A stretch of 64,000 bases of DNA from Solirubrobacterales bacterium. Its GTDB lineage: Bacteria > Actinomycetota > Thermoleophilia > Solirubrobacterales > 70-9. This document shows positions 45,546-53,161 of the stretch, piece after piece. Position numbers and translations under genes: made by a program. The DNA is taken from positions 747-64,746 of the forward strand of contig DATJUB010000043.1 in the NCBI GenBank assembly GCA_035502775.1, given 5' to 3'. Numbering within the stretch: the stretch's first letter is position 1; each line of letters starts with the position of its first letter. The notes beneath the pieces were generated by a model. The model had not been told where the DNA came from. It made no database searches and saw only the letters and a list, made by a program, of their open reading frames with translations.

Positions 45546-46109
45546 ATGATTCCGCCCCAGAAGACACTCCGCGCCGACGCCCGCCGCAACCGCGAGCGGA
45601 TCCTCGCGTCCGCACAGACCCTGTTCGCCCGCGACGGGGACAAGGCTCAGATGGACGAGATCGCCGAACACGCCGGAGTCGGCATGGGCACGGTGTACCG
45701 CCACTTCCCCACCAAGGAGCATCTGCTGACCGAGATGGTCCGCTCCCGCTTCACCCGGTTCACCGAGATCGCGCTGGAGTCCGAGCGGATCGAAGACCCC
45801 TTCGAGGCACTCGAGTCACTGATCGTCAGATCGGCCGAGGAGGTCGAGGGCGACGCGGGCTTCCAGCTGGCGATGATGGGATCCGACCAGCTGGAATGGG
45901 AGGGAATCGAGCAGGAGAAGGCGGCCTTCGCCGAACCGACCGGCCGGATCATCGGGCGCGCGGTCGAGGCCGGCGTGGTCCGCGACGACCTCACCTTCGA
46001 GGACTTCCCGATGGTGATGTGCGGCATCACCTCGACCATGTACTTCAGTCCCGGCGGCGCCAAGTGGCGGCGTCACCTCGAGCTGGTCTTCGCCGGCCTG
46101 CGGCCTTGA
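45546..46109 (+). CDS. TetR-family transcriptional regulator
   Basis: The HTH reads QMDEIAEHAGVGMGTVYRHFPTKEHLL. Confidence 0.85.
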   Translation: MIPPQKTLRADARRNRERILASAQTLFARDGDKAQMDEIAEHAGVGMGTVYRHFPTKEHLLTEMVRSRFTRFTEIALESERIEDPFEALESLIVRSAEEVEGDAGFQLAMMGSDQLEWEGIEQEKAAFAEPTGRIIGRAVEAGVVRDDLTFEDFPMVMCGITSTMYFSPGGAKWRRHLELVFAGLRP

Positions 46110-46127
46110 GCCGACCACCGGGGCCCT

Positions 46128-46898
46128 CTAGGTCGTCAGCAGCCCGCCATCGACCGGCAGCAGGATCCCGGTCACGTAGGAAGATGCGTCGCTGGCCAGG
46201 AAGATCGCCGCCGCGACCAGTTCCCGATGCTCGCCGCCGCGACCGGCCGGAACCCGGATCATCATGCTGTCCAGGTATCCGTCCGGATACTGATCGGTCA
46301 GCTCGGACTTGAAGAAGCCGGGGGCCAGCGCGTTGACACGGATCTTCTTGCGGCCGGTCCACTGCTGGGCGAGGTCGCGGGTGAGCCCGATGATCGCCGC
46401 TTTCGACGAGCTGTAGGCGGCCTGCGGCAGGAAGGCCGTGGTCGATCCGAGCACGCTGCCGATGTTGACGATGCTGCCGCCGTTCTCGGAGATCGCGCGG
46501 GCGAAAGCCTGGGCCATGTAGAAGGAGCCGTTCAGGTTGGCCTCGACCACCCGGCTGAACTCTTCCGGGTCTTCACGGGTGGCCGGGACCGCGGTGGCCG
46601 ACCCCGCGTTGTTGATCAGCACGTCCACGTGGCCGAGCTGTTCGACCGCCGCGGCGATGAATCTCGCGCAGTCCTCGGGGTCGGTCACATCCGCTTCGAC
46701 CGCGACGCAGCGCCGTCCCAGAGCCTCGATCTTCGCCTTGGTCTCTTCGAGCCGGTCCACCCGGCGGGCGCAGATCGCCACGTCCGCCCCGGCCTCGGCC
46801 AGTCCGGTGGCGAACGAAACGCCGAGCCCCGAGGATGCGCCGGTCACCACCGCGACCTTGCCCGCCAGCGAAAACGAATCCAGAATGCTATTCATCAT
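46128..46898 (-). CDS. SDR-family oxidoreductase
   Basis: The start at ATG 46898/46895 gives (M)MNSILDSFSLAGKVAVVTGASSGLG (TGxxxGxG). The catalytic YxxxK is AAYSSSKAA. The upstream 295 codons of the ORF are shadow. Confidence 0.85.
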   Translation of the reverse strand: MMNSILDSFSLAGKVAVVTGASSGLGVSFATGLAEAGADVAICARRVDRLEETKAKIEALGRRCVAVEADVTDPEDCARFIAAAVEQLGHVDVLINNAGSATAVPATREDPEEFSRVVEANLNGSFYMAQAFARAISENGGSIVNIGSVLGSTTAFLPQAAYSSSKAAIIGLTRDLAQQWTGRKKIRVNALAPGFFKSELTDQYPDGYLDSMMIRVPAGRGGEHRELVAAAIFLASDASSYVTGILLPVDGGLLTT

Positions 46899-46976
46899 CT
46901 GCACAATAGCTGGACCGGACCTCGAAATCGAGCCGCGACTCCGAAACCATTGAGCCACCGGCGGTTTCGTGAAAGC

Positions 46977-48332
46977 ATGAGGACCATGAACGCACGGAGA
47001 GGGAGGCTCGCGTGGCTCGCCGCCGCGCTCGGAGCCCTGATGGCATTGACGATCGCGACCCAGCCGGCGGGAGCGGCGACCAGGGAGCGGCCCTGCAATG
47101 GCTCGGTCGAGCTTTGTGCCCGGCCCTTCGACCAGGTCGTCCTCCCCGGCACCCACAACTCGATGTCGGCCGAGGATCTCGGCTGGAAGATCCCGAACCA
47201 GCTGATCTCGATCCCGCGCCAGCTGGATGGCGGCATCCGCGGATTCCTGATCGACACCCACTACGGCCGGCGTGCGCCGGACGGAACGGTGACGAAGGTC
47301 TCCCGCTCGGAGGGTGCCGCGAACGGCGACACCATGTACCTCTGCCATGAACTCTGCCAGCTCGGTGCCTCGGAGCTGATTCCCGAGCTGGCCAAGGTGA
47401 GCGACTACCTGGCCGCCAATCCGCGCGAGGTGATCCTGTTCGTCAATCAGGACGGCATCACCCCCGCCGATTACGCCCGGGCCGTCACCGAGAGCGGCCT
47501 GTCCGGCTATCTGTACACCGGATCCACGACCCAATGGCCGACCCTGAGCCAGATGATCGCCTCGAATCAGCGGGTCGTGATGCTGGCCGAAGGCGCGACC
47601 GGGGACGTTCCCTGGTACCACGACGGCTATGACGGAACGATGCGGGAGACGCCCTACGACTTCAGGGTGCCGGGAGGAACGACCCAGGACGGGATCGACA
47701 ACCTGACCAACCCGGCCAAGCTCGAGGAGAGCTGCCGCCCGAACCGCGGCGGGGACACCGGCACGCTCTTCCTGATGAACCATTGGGTCAACGGCATGCT
47801 CGACAACTCCAACGCCGTCGCCCCGGATCCGGCGGTCGCCCGCATCCTCAATCAGAAGGACGCCCTGGTGAATCGCGCCCGCGCCTGCCAGCAGCGGCGC
47901 GGCAAGCTGCCGACCCTGGTCGCCGTCGACGACTTCGGCGAGGGCGACCTGCTCGGCGCGGTCCGCGAACTGAACGGCGTGGTCGCGAAGCCGTTCCTGG
48001 AGACGGCCAAGCCCAGGAACGCGACCGTGAAGGCGGGACGCAGGGCGGTCTACCGGGTCTCGGTCTCCAACTATGGCGACGCGGCCGGGAGCGTGAAGGT
48101 CTGCGCGGCCGTCTCGGCAAGGCTGGCGAAGAAGCCGGCCTGCGTCACGGTCGAGGTCGCGATCGGCGCGACCGCGACCGCCCCGATCAAGGTCTGGACC
48201 AAGCGCCGCCGCAAGGGAGCCTCGGGCAAGGTCAACTTCACCCTCACCACCGCCGGGGACAGCGTCAAGACCGCGAGCAGCCTGAAGGTCAAGCCGCTGC
48301 CGAAGAAGAAGCGGCCCAAGAAGCGCCGCTAG
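46977..48332 (+). CDS. Secreted PI-PLC X-domain-like phosphodiesterase with Lys/Arg-rich C-terminal tail domain
   Basis: The ATG at 46977 gives MRTMNARRGRLAWLAAALGALMALTIATQPAGAA, a signal peptide. The protein has LPGTHNSM and IRGFLIDTHY (PLC-like). The tail runs ...VKAGRRAVYRVSVSNYG...KVNFTLTTAGDSVKTASSLKVKPLPKKKRPKKRR. Confidence 0.7.
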   Translation: MRTMNARRGRLAWLAAALGALMALTIATQPAGAATRERPCNGSVELCARPFDQVVLPGTHNSMSAEDLGWKIPNQLISIPRQLDGGIRGFLIDTHYGRRAPDGTVTKVSRSEGAANGDTMYLCHELCQLGASELIPELAKVSDYLAANPREVILFVNQDGITPADYARAVTESGLSGYLYTGSTTQWPTLSQMIASNQRVVMLAEGATGDVPWYHDGYDGTMRETPYDFRVPGGTTQDGIDNLTNPAKLEESCRPNRGGDTGTLFLMNHWVNGMLDNSNAVAPDPAVARILNQKDALVNRARACQQRRGKLPTLVAVDDFGEGDLLGAVRELNGVVAKPFLETAKPRNATVKAGRRAVYRVSVSNYGDAAGSVKVCAAVSARLAKKPACVTVEVAIGATATAPIKVWTKRRRKGASGKVNFTLTTAGDSVKTASSLKVKPLPKKKRPKKRR

Positions 48333-48694
48333 AGCCAGCGCTCCAGCCGCCGCGAGCGGACCAGCAGCACCGCGATGACGATGCCGATCGAGTCGATGGC
48401 GACATCGACCGGGCTGCCGTGCCGGCCGGCCACGAAGGTCTGGTGGTACTCATCGGAGACCGCGAACAGGAAGGCGATAGTCACCGCCCACGGCAGGGCT
48501 TTGCCGGTGAGCGGTCCCAGGGCGCGCAGCCAGAGCAGGGTGAGTGCCGCGTAGGCCGAGGCATGGGCCAGCTTGCGCAGGATCAGGTCCCAGGTGCCCA
48601 GTCCGGTCGAAAGGTCGGGCTGGGCAGAGAGAAGGAAGATCAGCGCCATGAGCGCCAGCGGTGGGATGAACCGCGGGGCGGCCGAGAATCGCAT
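48329..48694 (-). CDS. VanZ-family membrane protein
   Basis: A 121-aa protein with 4 TM helices and the sequences LIFLLSAQPD...KLAHASAYAALTLLW...SDEYHQ.F..GR. Confidence 0.7.
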   Translation of the reverse strand: MRFSAAPRFIPPLALMALIFLLSAQPDLSTGLGTWDLILRKLAHASAYAALTLLWLRALGPLTGKALPWAVTIAFLFAVSDEYHQTFVAGRHGSPVDVAIDSIGIVIAVLLVRSRRLERWL

Positions 48695-48745
48695 CCCAGC
48701 ATCGAAGCAGATCGGCCGGGGTGAGCGGCCCTCTATCCTCGGTTC

Positions 48746-49501
48746 ATGGTCAAGGACGTGGACGAAGCCGATTTTCAGCAGCAGGTGATCGAACGCTCGA
48801 AAGAGGTTCCGGTCGTGGTCGATTTCTGGGCCGAATGGTGCGGTCCGTGCCGTCAGCTCGGTCCGGCGATCGAAGCCGCGGTAAACGGCCGCCAGGGCGC
48901 GGTCGAGCTGGCGAAGGTGGATGTGGATTCCAACCAGCAGCTCGCCGCCGCTTTCGGGGTTCAGGGTATTCCCGCGGTCAAGGCCTTCAAGGACGGGCAG
49001 ATGGTCGACGAGTTCACCGGCGCCCTGCCACCGGCCCAGATCGAGGCATTCCTCGATCGCATCGTGCCGAACGAGGCCGAGCTGGCCGCGAGGGCCGCGG
49101 TCGAATCGGGCGACGAATCAGCCCTCAGGCAGGCGGTTGAAGCGGACCCGCGGAACGCCGAGGCGGTCGCCGCGCTGGCGAGGCTGCTGCTCACTCGTGG
49201 CGATACGACCGAGGCCGGAGAGTTGACCGCGCCGCTCGCCGGCACCGACTTCGTGGTCGCCGGTCTCAACGCCCGCGCACAGCTCACCGAAGCGGAGGAT
49301 CCGCCGGTCGAAGCCTTCAGGGCATGGGATCAGGGAGACCACGAGTTCAGTCTCGATCTCCTCCAGAAGCAGGTCGAGACCGCCGATGCCGACCGGCGAG
49401 ACCTGCTCCGCAGGGTCATGGTCGGCTACTTCACCGAGCTGGGGCCCAGCTCGGAGCTGGCGGCGGCCCATCGCCGCCGCCTGGCGATGCTGCTCAGCTA
49501 G
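48746..49501 (+). CDS. Thioredoxin-domain protein with C-terminal TPR-like domain (YbbN/CnoX-like)
   Basis: The motif VVVDFWAEWCGPCRQL (WCGPC) is followed by a roughly 150-aa helical region. Confidence 0.8.
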   Translation: MVKDVDEADFQQQVIERSKEVPVVVDFWAEWCGPCRQLGPAIEAAVNGRQGAVELAKVDVDSNQQLAAAFGVQGIPAVKAFKDGQMVDEFTGALPPAQIEAFLDRIVPNEAELAARAAVESGDESALRQAVEADPRNAEAVAALARLLLTRGDTTEAGELTAPLAGTDFVVAGLNARAQLTEAEDPPVEAFRAWDQGDHEFSLDLLQKQVETADADRRDLLRRVMVGYFTELGPSSELAAAHRRRLAMLLS

Positions 49502-51036
49502 CGGATCGTCACCGTGCGCTGAATCGTCTGGCTGGTTCCGGCCGGGGTCGGGGTCACGATCGTCGCCTTGTATCTGCCCTTTCGGGAGAGCTTCAGGGTG
49601 ATCACGGCCCTGCCCTTGGCGTTGAGCTCGGCGCTCCCCTTGACCCTTGCCTTGGTTCCGGCCCGCTTCATGGCAAGACGGGTCCTGCCCGTGGCGATGT
49701 TGCTCTGGCTGAAGGCGCAGCGGACGCGAGGCTTCTTGGCGATCTTGACTCGCTTGCAGGACAGCTTGACCTTGCCCGCGGTGCGTGCCGGTTCGGGATC
49801 CGGCGGCTTCGGAGCGGTTGTGGCGAAGGCCGCCTTCGGCGATCTCACGGTGCCGGCCTCGTTGGTCGCGACGATCGAGTAGTTGACGGTCGATTCCCGA
49901 GCCAGACCCTCCAGATTGAAGCTGACCGCAGATGGCGTGCTGGCGGCCGGGAGAATCCGTTCCGGGGTCGAGCTGCCGTGCGCCTCGGTCGGGCCGTACT
50001 CGAGGTGATAGGTGGTCTGGCCCGATCGCGTGTCGATATTGCCGTTCACGGTCGCGCTCGTGGTGGTGATGTCCGTGGTCGGCGTGGCGAGGGCTGTCGG
50101 CGGGTCGGACACGAACTCGTACGCACCCATGTCGGTGCTCGCACCGATCGTGCGCAGGTTGCCGTTCAGGTCCAGCTCACCGGATGCTTCGGCAACCGAA
50201 CCGGCATTGATCGTCGGTGAGGTCGGTGCCTGCCGGAAGTGCTCACCGGGAAGGAAGGCCGCCGCGTCCGTGAGCTGGTCCGTGATGCTCCAGTCGGCGA
50301 TGTAGTACCCCATCGTCTGAAAGGCCGTGTATTTCAGCGTCGTCAATCCCTTGAAGAACCAGATATCGCGGCCCTGCGGGGTCGTCTGGGTCGATCGTGC
50401 GATCGAGTTGCTCATGCGTAAGGCGCTTTCTTCATCCGAGGATCCGGCGCTCGCGGCCACCCCGAAATTTCCAACCGCGGTGACATTGCGGGCGATCATC
50501 GGGCCGGAGACGGTCGCGCCCTGAGATGACAGTCCGGACATGGACTCCGACCCGTCGAACCAGCAGAGCGAGTTGGCGATGCTGGCCCCGGTGCCACGGA
50601 CATAGCACCCGTCGTTCTGAGATCCGATCGCGATCATCCTGTCGGCGCTCGCGCCGTTCGCCAGGTCGAGAGCCGCGACGTACGGATCGTCAGCCCGGAT
50701 CTGAAGGTCGGTGACACGGCTTGCGGGTCCGGTCAGCACGAGGTTTCCCTCGACGACCGGTCGGCCGGGCCCGATCACGGCACCCTTGACCACCAGGTTC
50801 CTGCCACCGTCGGCATAGCTTCCGGCGGGGGAATAGGTTCCTTCGCCGACGAGCACCGTGTCGCCATCGGCCGCCCGACCCATCGCCGTCGATAGAGCGC
50901 ACGGCTTGGCGACGGAGCAGTCCGGAGCGGCTCCGGGGTTCGGCGTGGTGTGAAGAGTCTCGGCGGCCGCCTGCTGCGCGACCCCCAGGAAGCCCAGGAC
51001 GACAATGAGGAGTACGAGATTCGCGCGCATGCCCAT
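49498..51036 (-). CDS. Secreted right-handed beta-helix-like protein with FN3-like domain and Lys/Arg-rich C-terminal tail
   Basis: The signal peptide is MRANLVLLIVVLGFLGVAQQAAAE. The body is Gly/Asn/Ser-rich repetitive beta-helix-like sequence. An FN3-like segment reads TTSATVNGNIDTRSGQTTYHLEYGPTEAHGSST. The tail reads KVKLSCKRVKIAKKPRVRC...AVITLKLSRKGRYKATIVTPTPAGTSQTIQRTVTIR. Confidence 0.6.
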   Translation of the reverse strand: MGMRANLVLLIVVLGFLGVAQQAAAETLHTTPNPGAAPDCSVAKPCALSTAMGRAADGDTVLVGEGTYSPAGSYADGGRNLVVKGAVIGPGRPVVEGNLVLTGPASRVTDLQIRADDPYVAALDLANGASADRMIAIGSQNDGCYVRGTGASIANSLCWFDGSESMSGLSSQGATVSGPMIARNVTAVGNFGVAASAGSSDEESALRMSNSIARSTQTTPQGRDIWFFKGLTTLKYTAFQTMGYYIADWSITDQLTDAAAFLPGEHFRQAPTSPTINAGSVAEASGELDLNGNLRTIGASTDMGAYEFVSDPPTALATPTTDITTTSATVNGNIDTRSGQTTYHLEYGPTEAHGSSTPERILPAASTPSAVSFNLEGLARESTVNYSIVATNEAGTVRSPKAAFATTAPKPPDPEPARTAGKVKLSCKRVKIAKKPRVRCAFSQSNIATGRTRLAMKRAGTKARVKGSAELNAKGRAVITLKLSRKGRYKATIVTPTPAGTSQTIQRTVTIR

Positions 51037-51277
51037 GGACTCTCACAAGGTGCGCCGCGGGCAGCAAGGGGGCTAGGCCCCCTCTTCTCTCGGCACCAGA
51101 TAGCGCAGGATGGTCATGTCACCGTCCTTCTGCGAGGAGACCGGATCGAGCCTCACCCGATCCGCCGTCGACCCCGAGGACCCAGCCCACGTGATCCGCC
51201 TTTCGCGTCCGCGTCTGTCCCACAGACCGTAACCGAGGCAAACCGGGACACCGAGGACGCCCGGTCCACACCAGAGT

Positions 51278-51318
51278 AATCGGGCTATTGCCGAAATAGT
51301 CGGCAATAACCCGTTTGG
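51278..51318. repeat. REP-like palindromic element, copy 2
   Basis: AATCGGGCTATTGCCGAAATAGTCGGCAATAACCCGTTTGG. Positions 51281-51313 form a hairpin with one mismatch. It shares the 19-nt core and the trailing TTGGTTG with copy 1. Confidence 0.6.
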
Positions 51319-51388
51319 TTGCCGCGTCACGGTTTGGTGTGGTTAGGCTGTCGGAATAATTTCGCCAACCGGGGAAGGGTGTGTGGGC

Positions 51389-52963
51389 ATGGTGCGCTTG
51401 AAGGCAATGGTCGCGGGAATCTTCGTCGCGGCGCTCATGGGTGTGCTGGTTGCCCCGGCATCCGCGGAAACAACGCCGGTCGGCGTCTGGGTCCAAGAAG
51501 GGGGGCCTGGATCGATCTCGAGCTCACCGGCCGGCATCGACAATTGCCGGGACCACTGCACCGCCGACTTCGAAATAGGCCAGGTCGTCACAATCACCGC
51601 CACGCCCGATCCCGGCATGGGAATCGTGTCGTGGGGTGGTCTCTGCGATTCCGTGTACGTCGTCCTGAACGGCAACACCTGCACCTTCGAGATCGAATGG
51701 GGTTTCGACTACGTGGTCAATGGCGTGCGGGTCACTTTCGGGGAGGTTCCTCCCAACGACGACTTCGCCGACGCAACGGACATGGGGTCGGGCGATGTCC
51801 ACCAGGGCTTCGGCAGTACGGCGGGCGGCTCCCACGAACCGGATGAACCGATGCATGCGTCACCTTCAGAGTCCGCGTCGGCCTGGTTGAAATGGAAGGC
51901 CCCGGCCTTCGGCGACCTCGAGGCCAACACCTGCTCCAATTCGACCTTGTTCGACACGACGCTCGCCGTCTACACCGGAACCGAACTCGCCGACCTTCAG
52001 CAGGTCGCTTCCAACGACGAAGGCGACGAGTTCGTCTCGTGGTGCGAACGAGGAACGTCGATCGTGAATTTCGCGGTCACCAAAGGCGTGACCTACTACT
52101 TCGCGGTGGACGGACCGGATGGTGACTCCGGCCAGTACACCCTCGACCTGCTCCTGACCAGGACCCCCCGTCCGGTCAAGATCAGCTTCACCGGGGACGG
52201 CAAGGGCGCCGTGAAGTTCTCCCCTGAAGACGGGGCCAACTGCGTTTCGACGGACGGCGACTGCACGACACCCATCGGGGACAGCCTGACCGTCACACTC
52301 ACCCCCAATCGGGAAAAGGGCTCACTCTTCGCGGGATTCGGCGGGGATTGCTCCGGGCAGGGTCCCTGCACCCTGACCGTCACCGAAGCCATGGAGCTGA
52401 CTGCCTCATTCGTACCCGGTCCCCGCCGTGATCTCACGGTATCCAGGTCCGGCAACGGCACCGGCAGCATTCGCCTGGCCGGTCCGGACCTCCCCGACTG
52501 CAGGGACCTGTCCTGCGTCCAGAATTTGCCATACGAAACCGATGTCAAGCTCCTACCGGTCGCCGATCCCGGGTCGAGTTTTGCCGGCTGGTCGGGCGCG
52601 TGCTCGGGTTCTGACGACTGTCAATTGACGTTGTCCGAGGACGCGGCAGTGTCCGCGGTCTTCACCAAGGACCTTTCGTTCAAGGTCGGCAAGCCCACAA
52701 TCAACAAGAGGAAAGGCACCGCCCGCCTCCCGGTCACGGTCAACCAGAAGGCGAAAGTGAAGGCGACCGGCTCCGGAGTCAAGCCCAAGTCGATGGGGCT
52801 GGGGACCGCCGGAACGATCAAGCTGCCCGTCGCGGCGAAAGGCAAGGCGCTGAAATCCCTCAGGAAGAAGGGCAAAGCCACACTCAGGGTGAAAGTCACG
52901 GCGACGCTCCCAAACGGGGAGAACGGAAGCCGGACCGTGAAAGTCAAACTCAGGAAGAAGTGA
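51389..52963 (+). CDS. Secreted protein with bacterial repeat (InlB B-repeat-like) domains, a PPC/pre-peptidase-like domain and Lys/Arg-rich C-terminal tail
   Basis: The signal peptide is MVRLKAMVAGIFVAALMGVLVAPASAE. There are repeated units of the form G.G...SSPAGIDC...C...F..G..VT(I/L)TATP..GS.F.GW(G/S)G.C. The PPC-like segment reads PNDDFADATD...YYFAVDG. The tail reads ...GTIKLPVAAKGKALKSLRKKGKATLRVKVTATLPNGENGSRTVKVKLRKK. I prefer ATG 51389 over GTG 51383 on SD spacing. Confidence 0.6.
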   Translation: MVRLKAMVAGIFVAALMGVLVAPASAETTPVGVWVQEGGPGSISSSPAGIDNCRDHCTADFEIGQVVTITATPDPGMGIVSWGGLCDSVYVVLNGNTCTFEIEWGFDYVVNGVRVTFGEVPPNDDFADATDMGSGDVHQGFGSTAGGSHEPDEPMHASPSESASAWLKWKAPAFGDLEANTCSNSTLFDTTLAVYTGTELADLQQVASNDEGDEFVSWCERGTSIVNFAVTKGVTYYFAVDGPDGDSGQYTLDLLLTRTPRPVKISFTGDGKGAVKFSPEDGANCVSTDGDCTTPIGDSLTVTLTPNREKGSLFAGFGGDCSGQGPCTLTVTEAMELTASFVPGPRRDLTVSRSGNGTGSIRLAGPDLPDCRDLSCVQNLPYETDVKLLPVADPGSSFAGWSGACSGSDDCQLTLSEDAAVSAVFTKDLSFKVGKPTINKRKGTARLPVTVNQKAKVKATGSGVKPKSMGLGTAGTIKLPVAAKGKALKSLRKKGKATLRVKVTATLPNGENGSRTVKVKLRKK

Positions 52964-53004
52964 GTCGCCTCATCTCGGAATCCGTCGCCGGCCCTTAAAC
53001 AAAA

Positions 53005-53034
53005 GGACCCCCTGGCGAGAGGGGGTTCTTTGTT
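53005..53034. terminator. Bidirectional intrinsic terminator
   Basis: GGACCCCCT-ggcgag-AGGGGGTTC is followed by TTTGTT on the + strand and preceded by AAACAAAA (a T-run on the - strand). It sits between the + CDS ending at 52963 and the 3' end of the minus-strand tRNA at 53048. Confidence 0.65.
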
Positions 53035-53047
53035 GACCTTGCGGTCA

Positions 53048-53121
53048 TAGCGGGGACAGGATTCGAACCTGCGACCTTCGGATTATGAGCCCGACGAGCT
53101 ACCTGACTGCTCCACCCCGCG
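53048..53121 (-). tRNA. tRNA-Met (CAT), initiator type
   Basis: The reverse complement is CGCGGGGTGGAGCAGTCAGGTAGCTCGTCGGGCTCATAATCCGAAGGTCGCAGGTTCGAATCCTGTCCCCGCTA. It folds as a cloverleaf with anticodon CAT. It has the C1xU72 mismatch and A11:U24, both typical of bacterial initiators. There is no encoded CCA. Confidence 0.9.
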
Positions 53122-53161
53122 GCGGAACCAAGCATTCTAGCACCGCTTTGACGGAGGGTGT

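Noticed and set aside
43178-45643. An 821-aa ORF lies on the - strand, spanning the PEP-mutase-like gene and the MFS pump region.
   Set aside because: It is out of frame with or antisense to two well-supported genes. It consists of low-complexity Arg/Gly/Pro sequence and is a GC-driven open frame.
51073-51330. An 85-aa ORF lies on the - strand inside the 350-bp intergenic spacer.
   Set aside because: It has no start context or motif, and it runs straight through the REP-like palindrome. Its composition is shadow-like, so it is more likely non-coding.
49498-53047. A block of moderately lower GC (about 58-62% in sampled lines) adjoins the 3' end of the tRNA-fMet gene. This could be a tRNA-integrated genomic island.
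   Set aside because: I found no integrase and no direct repeat of the tRNA 3' segment at the far boundary. The left boundary gene overlaps the thioredoxin gene stop by 4 nt, which leaves no room for an att site. The shift may simply reflect the Gly/Thr/Ser/Asn-rich secreted-protein composition. It deserves a proper GC-skew or k-mer test, but the sequence alone does not support an island.
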